The translations under genes and the position numbers were made by a program. The notes beneath the pieces are model-generated. The model saw nothing but the letters and a program-made list of their open reading frames with translations. It searched no databases and had not been told where the DNA came from. Shown here one piece after another: positions 23,116-33,549 of a stretch of 40,063 nt of DNA (position 1 is the stretch's first letter; every line of letters starts with the position of its first letter). The stretch comes from Octopus bimaculoides (lineage: Eukaryota), in the NCBI RefSeq assembly GCF_001194135.2, contig NC_068984.1, positions 22,930,902 to 22,970,964 on the forward strand, in the 5' to 3' direction.

Positions 23116-24035
23116 TACGATGGTTGTCCATCAAGTAATGCGAAAGTAGGCATAACTGTTTAAGTAACTGACATAGGTCATTAGACTTGCACTTGCTGAG
23201 AGAGTAACTCTTCCTCCATAGTAACACTTCTTTCTGTTTTCTTCATTGCAAGCAAATAATGGGCTCCAATCAGACGCAACGAGGAGCACAGATTGTCCGA
23301 CATCCAAGAAAACTTTAGGGTGTTTACTAAAGCGACAACATTGACAAGGAGAATGTTCACAAATGGATAAAGAAGTTTAAAGAAGTTTAAGATAGTATTG
23401 AAGACTAACTATGCAGTGGATGCCCAACAACTTCAACCACTGAAATGAATCACCGGCGAGTGGACGAATTGATTCGCGTAGGCAGATGAGTGACGACCTG
23501 TGAGCTTGGTGAGTGGTCACAATGCAATACAGAAGATGATAGAAAACTTTGGGTATCAGAAAGTGTATACCGATTTGAAAGAGTGAAGGCTGAAAGTATA
23601 CTGGGATCTTTTGGGAATGTTTGAAGCCAATGAAGATTTATTTATTTATTTATTTCGATTTCGATTTCGAGATAAGGGATGAAACGTGAGTAGATTATGA
23701 TCCGAAAACTAACGCTCAGTTCATAGAACAACTTCACATGTCTTCTTCAAGGCCTGAATTGTTGAAGAGCTTGCGATTGATACAGATAGTGACTGCTTTT
23801 TGTAAATAATAAGGGCATCATACTCTTTGACTTTCAGTACCGTGTACAATGAGGGGTACATTGAGACACTCAAAAACCCCTTTACAATGAAGAGACCGAA
23901 CAAGAATCTCAAAACGAGCCACGTTAACCATGACTGGCAACAAATCGAGCGGTCAGAAAATTGGGCTGATCAGTGGCACAGCCTGGATCTGGTGCGCTCC
24001 AACTTCCACCTATTCTGTCTAATAAAACATCACTG
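23116..24035 (+). mobile_element. Degenerate mariner transposon
   Basis: TIR-like TA|CGATGGTTGTCC start. Pieces include KWIKKFKE..SIED...SGCPTTSTT...RVDELIR, KGIILFDF, TVYNEGYIETLK and HSLDLVRSNFHLF (cf. YSPDLAPSDFHLF). Confidence 0.72.
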
Positions 24036-24647
24036 AAAAACAAAAGAACAAAACAGAACAGAAGTGGATAAAGCGGAAGCGTGATGAATAATGTTTTAGA
24101 ACCGAATGAGAGGGAAGGGAGATAAGCAAGATGAGTGTAAGTGGGTTTAAGAATCGATTTAAATAGTATTGAGATGCTGTTATGTGCGTGTTTATTTAGG
24201 AATGCATATGTGTACATGCGTGCGTTTGTACGTATTGTTATGAAAAGTAAAGATGGATGTTACATATTACTAAGTGGCTAGTGTGAACAAGATATAATAC
24301 AGTGTGTGTGAGGGGGTGTGTAGAGACGGAGTTGAAGTGCACAAGTATATCTTTATCGGTGTGTGTAGATTTGAAGAGGCAATGCTGTGTTATTAAAGGA
24401 AAGCAATGAGCTTACTTATTCTAGATGGATGGGCAGTATTAAACTGGAAAATTTATTGTTGTTCACGATGCAGACGAGATAGAAAACAGTGGCGCAGACA
24501 GCGAGTAGGCATGGTCACGAAACTAAAAGTGACAAGCTGTATATAGAGTGTCCAATAGAATTCTCTAAAGCGATCGACCATTCGCCGACCAGCTTCTTTT
24601 ATATATTGTGTTGAGTCAAACGTTTTGCGATATTTTGGTATCATATT

Positions 24648-24856
24648 TGCTTTGTTTGTCAAGTTACGATAAAAGTAGCCATGCATTCAAAGTAAGAGCC
24701 ATCGTGTTGCACCGTCTGAATCCACCCTTTTGCCAGTTCTTTGATCCCACTCTGATATTCAAGGCGAAGAATTCATTCACTGAAGCTTCTACCTCCTCTT
24801 ATTTGACGAAACATCGCGAGCACAGGAAGTGAGCCATGGATCGGAGCAAGTAATAA
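24648..24856 (-). mobile_element. Mariner 3' end fragment, inverted relative to 25223-25455
   Basis: The reverse complement TTATTACTTGCTCCGATCCATGGCTCACTTCCTG... aligns to TTATTACCTGTTCCGATCCATGGCTCACTTCCTG... at 25223. Confidence 0.8.
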
Positions 24857-24879
24857 TTCGAGTGAGATATTTTTCCGCA

Positions 24880-25455
24880 TTCATAACGTGTATAAGCAGT
24901 GGTTAAGCAAGGATCACCTTCCAGAGCCTTTCGCCAAAGATGGACGTGTCAAACACAAAGTGATGCTCTACATTTGGTGAAATTGTGAGGGGATAATTCA
25001 CTAGGAGTTTGTTCCGGGTGGTCGAACCATCGATGCCAACCTGTACTCCAAACAGCTGGAGCGGCAAAAATACCCGGCATCGGTTAATAGAAAGCGAACT
25101 CTTCTGCAGCAAGACAACGCATGACTTCATACCGATCGAACGACCCATAATAAATTCCAGGAACTTGAAGAAATCGAACTGATGCCACAGCCAGCATATA
25201 GTCTGGACCCAGTTCCCTAGGATTATTACCTGTTCCGATCCATGGCTCACTTCCTGCGCTCGCGACACTTCATCAACCAAGAGGAGGTGAAAGCTTAAGT
25301 GAAGGAGTTCTTTGCCTCGATTAACAAGAACTGGTATCATTGTGGGGATCAAAGAACTTGTAGAAATGTGGCTTCAGACAGTGCAGCACAATGACCTACA
25401 CTTTCAATGCTGGGCTGCTTTTGTTGTAACTATTACAAAACACAATCAGCATATT
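24880..25455 (+). mobile_element. Mariner transposase C-terminal half (pseudogene)
   Basis: KVMLYIW*NCEGIIH*EFVPGGRTIDANLYSKQL...LLQQDNA*LH...PAYSLDPVP*DYYLFRSMAHFL...IKELVEMWLQTVQH. Confidence 0.88.
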
Positions 25456-25469
25456 CACACGTATTCACA

Positions 25470-25810
25470 GATATTGCACGCAATGGAAGGTTACTTGCGT
25501 TTCAACAAGACTCAGCAACTTCTAATATACCCCCTATAACCCAAGAATGGATACCAGACAATCGTCACCATCATATAACAAGACTCTTGTGGCCTCCAAA
25601 CTCACCAGGTTTATATCCTATGGACTATAACGTTTGGAGCGTTGTTAAAAGGGAGACTAATCGACATCTTCACAATACTATAACTTCATTGAAGACCAAA
25701 ATAGTTCAGGTAATCTCCGAAATGAATAAGAACGATTTCGTGCGAGATTGTCGACGATTTAGGCCCTGCATTGAAGTAGTCACCGACTTTCAAGGCGAAT
25801 TCCTAGAATA
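25470..25810 (+). mobile_element. maT (DD37D) transposase C-terminal fragment
   Basis: FQQD (D at 25509-25511) ...WPPNSPGLYPMD (D at 25623-25625) with exactly 37 residues between the two aspartates, then YNVWSVVKRETN. Confidence 0.82.
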
Positions 25811-25915
25811 CTCTTATAGAAAAGCTTATCGAGAGCGTGTACACAATTTTCTCTTAAAATACGTTTGGTATTTGCTAGTTAAGGGTTGCTTTATTAAATT
25901 ACCAAATGTTTCCTC

Positions 25916-26060
25916 AAATAAATAAATAAATAAATAAACGGATGGATGGATGGATGGATTGATGGATGGATGGATGGATGGATGGATGGATGGATGGATA
26001 AATGGATGGATGGATGGATGGATTGATGAATGGATGGATGGATGGATGGATGGATGGATG
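25916..26060. repeat. (TAAA)n plus (GGAT)n tetranucleotide repeats
   Basis: Seen directly. Confidence 0.95.
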
Positions 26061-26320
26061 GGTATCGAAAGCGATCAAAAGCCGTTCCCGACCCATAGGC
26101 TTGTAATGGCGATCTCCTGGATTCTGTGACGAATATAATGCCCCCTAGATGGGACGCCGGTCCGTCACAGGATTACTCATATTTACCAGCTGAGTGGACG
26201 GAAACAATGTGAAATGAAATGTTTTGCTCAAGAACACAATGCATCGGCCGGTCTGGGAATCGAAACCATAACCTTACGATCATAAGTGCAGCATCCAAAC
26301 CATTAAGTCACACACCACCA
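26060..26320 (-). mobile_element. tRNA-headed SINE
   Basis: Minus strand head ...TTAATGGTTTGGATGC...GGTTTCGATTCCCAGACCGG and core TTCTTGAGCAAAACA..TCCACTCAGCTGG. Confidence 0.72.
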
Positions 26321-28944
26321 CATAGATACATACATATGTGTCGTGAGTCTGATTGTGGGTCCTGGTTCGGGAGTTCCAGAGTTTTGAGAAATGTGGGACC
26401 ACTTTTTAGTCACTATTGTTTGCATATCTATTCGGACCTGGATAGCAGCATCTGCCAGGGTCCTAGTCATTGAGTTAATTAGCATATCATGGAATTGCCT
26501 CTGGCAAAAGGTCATTTACAGACGCCTCAACGGATTCAGGACAGATGACGCCCTTCAGCATTTTAGCAACTCATCAACGATAAGTTAAGTCTATGAAAAT
26601 CTTGTATCCTGATGATTACTGTGCAGGTGATACTTGTCGGACCAGAGCAATCCAAGTTTGAAAAGTGACGGAATGAGACTAGCTCTGCACAAAGCATACC
26701 CACAATGATAATATTCAAATTTCAGGTTCCTTAACAAACCAAGACACCAGCACCAACACCATCACACTTTCTTCATAAGTCCAGTGGCGATAGGGAAAGA
26801 GGCGATATGGATAAGTAATGGATGCAACTGAAAATCTTCAACTTTGACTCTGTAGTCAGGCAGCCGCAAGGCGATGGCGGCAGTCTAATGATTGAAACGA
26901 GACAAAATTAAAAGCTACATACATACATACATACATACGTACGTACGTGCGTGCGTACGTGCGTGCGTGCGTGCGTGCGTGGAGTATATCCAGCAACGTC
27001 GATATCACGATCTTATGGCTTCTGTACCTGTAAGCATTTCATAGAAGCTATTGATCCACAGTTATTTATTTTAGAGCCAAATTACATGTGTGTTCTTTTA
27101 TAGAATTCCTTGTTTCACTATAATATATTGCGTAAAACATATTCCTCTCAACGTTTATTGTAATTACTTAAGTAAGCTGTTTACTATTACTCTATATAAA
27201 AAGTAATTAACTATATTATTGCCGAGCTGTAGAAAGGGCTACGAAAGTTATAGAGTTAAGATTACTTCACAAGAAAGTTTCGGTCCCGCTACATGAGACT
27301 TTGGCAGGTGTCTTTTGATGTAGCCTTCGATTGACCTCTTTTTCTTCTTTCTGTTTTTTTTTAATTACATTTCATACACGGAAAACGTGCAGAGAATCGT
27401 AGGAACTATTCACAGATGGTAGTATTCATACCTCCCCTGGTTTAACATACCTGCTCGACCCATGGGTTCCTTTAGCAGAACCAGTTCTGTTGCAAATATT
27501 AAGTTAAGGACTAAGACTTGAGGATAACTTTTTCCCTTTGTTCAAGCTATTTCACAGAGAGGGTCATTTCAACAGCATTATAGCCTCACTCCACCGCCCG
27601 AAGCAAAACAATGCATCAGAGCCTATAGTATTTATTTATCTAAATCAAACCATAGCATACTTAGATTGTCATTGGGTCTCTATATCCATGGTGTCGCCAA
27701 ACATCTTCCCATTTTGCTCGTTCCTTAAGACAGCAGTGCTCTGAAGCCGTGAAGACGTGTGTTTGTGTGTACCAGTGTAAATGAGTATATCACTATTTGA
27801 TGGAGATCGATAGTTATACATAGCTATTTGATGGAGATCGATAAAACATGTATGGAACAGGAATAATTACCGAGTTTAACTTTGACGTTGTTGCCCCAAC
27901 ATGGCCACAGTCCAATAAGTGAAACGAGTAAAAGAACAAAAAATGTGTAAATTATTGAATCGCTTTAATTGTATATTAACAAGGAAGGTAACTCAGTGAG
28001 CACGTTAGATGTCAAGGGATATAACTATAAAACCAAGGGGAACAACTACAGATCAACTATAATACTGCCAGTAATTTATTAGTAATATGGTCAGTAGATT
28101 AGAGACATAATCCAAAATATATTTCTCCATTGATTTCGAAATTCTTTTGAGTTGTCCTGTAACATGTGTATTTTTTTTAGATATGACTTCTTTTATTGCC
28201 TTCAGTTTCGATACCTTATGATTTCAAATTTACTAATAAATCATATATATATATTATTATTCATCTATTATTCCTTTTACTAATATTTTTTTTTGATAAC
28301 ACATCCTAACTTAACTACCAACAGACATGGACTTTTCCTTCTGTGTTAATGGTTGCTTCATGATTATCACAACGGGCATATTTACAACAAATCTTAAAAT
28401 ACCATATATATTATATTTGACTTACATCACAAGCCATGAGCAAATTTGTACAGGGCATTCAAGTGATTTGCATGAGATGTTGAAGAGCAAGAAGCCCTCA
28501 ATGCCTTTTGCAGAACCTGTGATTTATAAAGAACAACAAGATCATACTATAAACTGCTACTTTTTTAATATTTTTAATTTATGATTTTTCTTTAAAACAA
28601 AAACACAGGTTTGAAATCATATACATCAGCTTAGATTCTGTGCCTAGACCTGTATCACATAATTAAATAATGTCAGAGATAACCCTTTTCAGCCGAGCTC
28701 AACTCTATTAAAGATGAAATAGATATTGATGAAGTTAAACTCACTGGGAGAATTGGACTTTCGTCAGGTTCCAAATACAAACCAAAAGAGAGTATGGATC
28801 CAATTCTTTTTACAAGTTAAAATTTAAGAGACCATCTGCGAGATTTAGAATTGAGAAAGAAATCAGTCGAGGTTTCCCACGCTTATTTGAAGAAAATACA
28901 ACAGTACATTACTATAGATCAAGGAATTTCAACTTAGTTGTTCA

Positions 28945-29122
28945 TTTCAAAGTGGATTCTTCTATGACATTAATGAACTTCTTGCAAGTTTATCTAAATG
29001 TATGGTATGAAAATGGAAAATATTTATAGATTCATCACTATAAATATTTTCCATTTTCATACCATACATTTAGATAAACTTGCAAGGAGTTCATTAATAT
29101 CATAGAAGAATCCACTTTGAAA
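28945..29122. repeat. 85-bp near-perfect inverted repeat with 8-nt loop
   Basis: Arms 28945-29029 and 29038-29122 are complementary at 83 of 85 positions; loop ATTCATCA. Confidence 0.97.
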
Positions 29123-30670
29123 GGTTCTAAAAATTTTGAAATTTTTTTTTGCTTATGACCTTAACAAATATCTTCCTTTAGTGAAGTTTAATGTAAAGAA
29201 GTAATAAAACTACTGGAATTGATAAGGGAATTGATTAAGTATTAATTCTTTCAGAAATTAATGATGACCATTCTTTTCTATTGTAATCCTAAAGCTTAGA
29301 GAGCTGCAGTTCTTAATGAATCTTGCTCACATATTCATTAACATAGCAATTACTTTAAGATTTTTTCATATATTCCACTGGCAATCGCGGTATTAAATTG
29401 CACTGAAAAGGTCTCCATGTTAAAATAAGATTCTTTTAAGTGCACTGAATAATCAACGGGGATAGTTACATATTACCATTATGGAATAAGATACCTTTTA
29501 AACTTAAAGAAAGGCTGCAAGCTGGCAGAATTGTTAACACATCAGATAAAATATTTAGCAGTTTTTCTTCTGGCTCTTTATGTTCTGAATTCAAATCCTG
29601 ACGATTTGAACTCAGAACGTAAAAACTTTGTTTTTCATTCCTTTGAAATCGATAAAACAAAGTAACAGTCAGGTATTGGGGGGTCTTTCGATTTGACTTG
29701 CTCCCTCCTTTCAAAATTGCTGGCTTTGAACCCGGCTTCACATTCAGGGGAAATGTTGTGATCTCAGTTTAATACACCATAGAAACAGAGTACCTGGCAA
29801 TATGAGAGCTAGGGCTCAAGAAAATATTTTTAGAAAGATGTAGGAAGACCGAGAAATAGTTGGTTGAGCAACATAAAGGAATATACATAGACGAAGATGC
29901 TGGAAATCGTAAGATTAACAGATAATCAAGAAATATAGAGGGAGGAAACTGAAATTTATAGTGTATCTTTACAGTCTCTCTAGACTATAGATTTAGATTA
30001 ATTAGATAATTAATTTTTTTTTTAAAAAACGGATAAAATAATTTGCTAATCGTTCCAGTTTTTTAACATTCTGAGTTCTGACCCCCAAAACCCGTCAAGT
30101 GCTGAAGTCAATGGTATCACCTAAACCCTTCCCCTCAAAATTACTGGCCATGTATCCAAGTCAGAAACTATTGTTATGATCATCGTCTAAGAATAAGCTG
30201 GTAAGTTGATAGCACATCAGACAAAATGCTTCGGCAGAATTTTTTCCAACTCTTTACATTCTGAGTTCAAATCACACCAAAGTCAACTTTACCTTTCATC
30301 CTTTCCAGGTTGTTACAATAAGTACCAGTTGAGTTCTGGGGGTGATAAATTTCAGGCCTTGTGCCTATACTAGAAAGGATTATTATAATCTAAGAATGCT
30401 GAAGGTGTAGTAATTTAAACTAAATACACTAACATAGCTTATTAAACACCATAAACATTTATTTACCCCTTTCTATTATATTTTAAACTAACTAAAAAGC
30501 CACATTCAGTGCAGACTTTTAAGCTAGCTCCAGCAGAGGGGTAATTGGACCTACAGCCCAAAACTAAAGAAGAAAGTAATAATAAAGCATTTATTGGTAT
30601 CCTAGCATCTCAGATTTATATCACAGAGTATCACATTTGGAGAATTTTGTATCAGTGTGACATTTGGAAA

Positions 30671-31138
30671 TCACTGTAAAGCAGCAGGATAAACAATATT
30701 TTTGGTTTTACCATTTGGCATGAGTAGGAAGAGATTGTTGCCATTTCCAAATCTGGAACAACCAACATAGAGCTAACCATGGGAAAAGCAGTTCTGCATG
30801 AGGTGAAGTTCAACAATTTTGAATGGTTGTCCTTGACTCTTGTTAATTGACATTGCAAAACAAACTCTTTCTGGAAATTGAAGTCTCTTGAATTCAAAGG
30901 GCATGTCTGCTAGAATCAGTGGAATTCTTGAAATAAACACATTTTCTCCCTATCTTTGTCCAGTGAGGATTGTTGCTTCCAAAAGATGTGGATGCATTTG
31001 CCTGACAATCAGTCTTGTTCCATTGCACAGCTTTGGGGGATCCAGATTTTTTAAAAGCATGATTGGAACTCCTTTCTTCAATGTCAGTTTGTGAGAAGGC
31101 ATTCCAGGAAGATCCAAAGAGTTGAGAAACTCAATAGT
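30671..31138 (-). mobile_element. Helitron Rep/Hel Pif1-helicase C-terminal remnant
   Basis: [41 protein letters not shown]...FAMSINKSQGQ...CFSHG*LYVGCSR...TKNIVYPAALQ*; two in-frame TAG stops (30952-30950, 30775-30773). Confidence 0.93.
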
Positions 31139-31154
31139 TAGTATTATAATAGAT

Positions 31155-31156
31155 AA

Positions 31157-31222
<66 letters not shown>
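31155..31222. repeat. (GATA)n repeat
   Basis: Seen directly; truncates the Helitron fragment. Confidence 0.95.
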
Positions 31223-32122
31223 TCAGGCGAATATGGTACTTAAATTTAGGCACCAGAATTTAGTATGGTATTATCCATACAGTTTCAAAATAGGGTGATT
31301 AAAATCAAAATAAGCAACAAGGATATCCAGAGGGTATCTTTGTTGCTTATTTTGATATATNNNNNNNNNNNNNNNNNNNNNNNNNNNNNNNNNNNNNNNN
31401 NNNNNNNNNNNNNNNNNNNNNNNNNNNNNNNNNNNNNNNNNNNNNNNNNNNNNNNNNNNNNNNNNNNNNNNNNNNNNNNNNNNNNNNNNNNNNNNNNNNN
31501 NNNNNNNNNNNNNNNNNNNNNNNNNNNNNNNNNNNNNNNNNNNNNNNNNNNNNNNNNNNNNNNNNNNNNNNNNNNNNNNNNNNNNNNNNNNNNNNNNNNN
31601 NNNNNNNNNNNNNNNNNNNNNNNNNNNNNNNNNNNNNNNNNNNNNNNNNNNNNNNNNNNNNNNNNNNNNNNNNNNNNNNNNNNNNNNNNNNNNNNNNNNN
31701 NNNNNNNNNNNNNNNNNNNNNNNNNNNNNNNNNNNNNNNNNNNNNNNNNNNNNNNNNNNNNNNNNNNNNNNNNNNNNNNNNNNNNNNNNNNNNNNNNNNN
31801 NNNNNNNNNNNNNNNNNNNNNNNNNNNNNNNNNNNNNNNNNNNNNNNNNNNNNNNNNNNNNNNNNNNNNNNNNNNNNNNNNNNNNNNNNNNNNNNNNNNN
31901 NNNNNNNNNNNNNNNNNNNNNNNNNNNNNNNNNNNNNNNNNNNNNNNNNNNNNNNNNNNNNNNNNNNNNNNNNNNNNNNNNNNNNNNNNNNNNNNNNNNN
32001 NNNNNNNNNNNNNNNNNNNNNNNNNNNNNNNNNNNNNNNNNNNNNNNNNNNNNNNNNNNNNNNNNNNNNNNNNNNNNNNNNNNNNNNNNNNNNNNNNNNN
32101 NNNNNNNNNNNNNNNNNNNNNN

Positions 32123-32492
32123 TAACTCTATTTCTGAAAACCAGTGGATAGATTCCACTGAAATTAGATAAATAACCTTCGAGCAGATAGTCAGCAGCGC
32201 CGCCTGGCTAGGGCTTGGCTGCTCTGCATTGACAAGGGGCAACACCCTGAAACTAGTCTGCAGATGCCAAACCAGCAGGGGGACACTGCTGACCTCCCCT
32301 GTTCGAAGGTTATAAAGGACACAGGTTTCGTGTGTCACATAGCTAGCTAGAGGCGATGGCTTCTTGGAGCTAATTCACGGCAGCTTTCGTCCTAATTTTG
32401 GGACTGCCATGTTGGCTTGGCGATAACTATTAATTTCCAGTACCGCTGCCGTAGTCTCCTTTAGAGAGACTTAGAAATATTAATAACTCTAT
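32123..32492 (+). mobile_element. Hammerhead-containing retrozyme-like element (copy 3), one full unit
   Basis: TAACTCTAT at both ends (32123-32131, 32484-32492; 361-nt period). Rod-like pairing AACCTTCGAGCAG/CTGTTCGAAGGTT and GTCAGCAG/CTGCTGAC surrounds the hammerhead; downstream blocks are shared with the other two copies. Confidence 0.75.
32223..32264 (+). ncRNA. Decayed type I hammerhead motif (copy 3)
   Basis: TCTGCA-TTGACAA-GGGG-CAACA-CCCT-GAA-ACTAGT-C-TGCAGA: perfect stem I, palindromic stem III and GUC triplet at 32256-32258, but the core reads TTGACAA instead of CTGANGA. Confidence 0.7.
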
Positions 32493-33214
32493 ATATATAT
32501 ATATATTGTGGTTTTGCGTCTGTACTTGTCCCCCCATCACCGCTTGTACCAGGCATAAAAAAAGACGGAACTGGTGTCAATTTGTTCGATTAAAATTTTT
32601 CAAGGTGGTGCCCCAGCGTGGTCGCAGTCTGATTACTGGAAAAGATGAAAGAACTACTGAATTCCTTCGTAAAACTTTAAGATGAGGGAGGTAACTCTTG
32701 TTCACCTATCTCAGTAACGCTATGACTCTGAAACCTCTCGCGGTCGCTTTACCTGCTAGAAATAGCAACCCAAATGCTTTTAAATCAGATCCTAATGCTG
32801 GATGTTCAAGAAACAAATACAGGGCAGGTTTTCAATCCCGGGATTATCTTGATTCCAAAAAGGTGTAATATGTCTATGTAAAGGAAATGTAGACTGAGAT
32901 ACAGAGGTTCCAGACGGACAGACACAATTTCGCTTTTATTAATACAGAAGAGAAAAATTCTTTCTAGTATAATATAAATTTGACGTGATGGGAGAGGGAC
33001 TAGTTGATTACATCAACTCCAGTTCTCAACAGATACTAAATTTATCGACCCAGAAAGGATAAAAGGCAAAGACGACTTCACCGGAATTTGAACTCAGAAC
33101 GAAAAACCGAAAGAACTATCGTTAAGAATTCTTCCGGCGTGCAAATGATTCTTACAGCTCGCCGACTTTTTTTAAGAGAGAAAAATTTCTTAAGAATATT
33201 GTTCTCATAATTAC

Positions 33215-33275
33215 CTCCCCTGGCTGCTTTGAAGCATCAATCGCTTCTGCTTCTGCTTCTGCTTGTGGTTCCATT
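33215..33275 (-). CDS. Candidate first coding exon of an unidentified gene (MEPQAEAEAEAIDASKQPGE)
   Basis: Strong acceptor TTCTTATTGTTTTTGTTTTTAG|A-ATG-G, open for 20 codons, donor GAG|GTAATT. No recognisable homology. Confidence 0.45.
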
Positions 33276-33549
33276 CTAAAAACAAAAACAATAAGAACTG
33301 AATTTTAACGTATGTCATATGCTTCAGGGGTAAGTATATTTATGTTTATTTATTTATTATATAATTCGTTACAAAGAAAAATTGCTTGAATTATTATGAT
33401 TGTCTTAGATGGAGTACGTAATAATTGTCATAGAGTTCTTGCATGTTTCGTACAAGTATCGAGCCATTTCACTCCGATTACATCGCTAACACCCTGAGAA
33501 AGCCCAAAATCGTAACAGTTACCTACAATCTTTCGGGCAATATACTTAC

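Noticed and set aside
27793-27843. 20-bp direct repeat CTATTTGATGGAGATCGATA twice (CRISPR-like?)
   Set aside because: Only two copies with an 11-nt spacer in a eukaryotic context; a simple local duplication.
10359-28791. Plus-strand exon candidates (10359-10389 and 28693-28791)
   Set aside because: They have plausible AG/GT borders and open frames, but they are isolated, lack recognisable homology and have no supporting promoter; such signals occur by chance in AT-rich DNA.
30520-30670. Helitron 3' terminus (hairpin plus CTRR)
   Set aside because: CTAG occurs (30602-30605 and near 30524), but no convincing GC-rich hairpin lies about 11 nt upstream.
3799-32338. Long ORFs of 190-355 aa in the ORF track that span N runs
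   Set aside because: They consist of X residues from assembly gaps and are artefacts.
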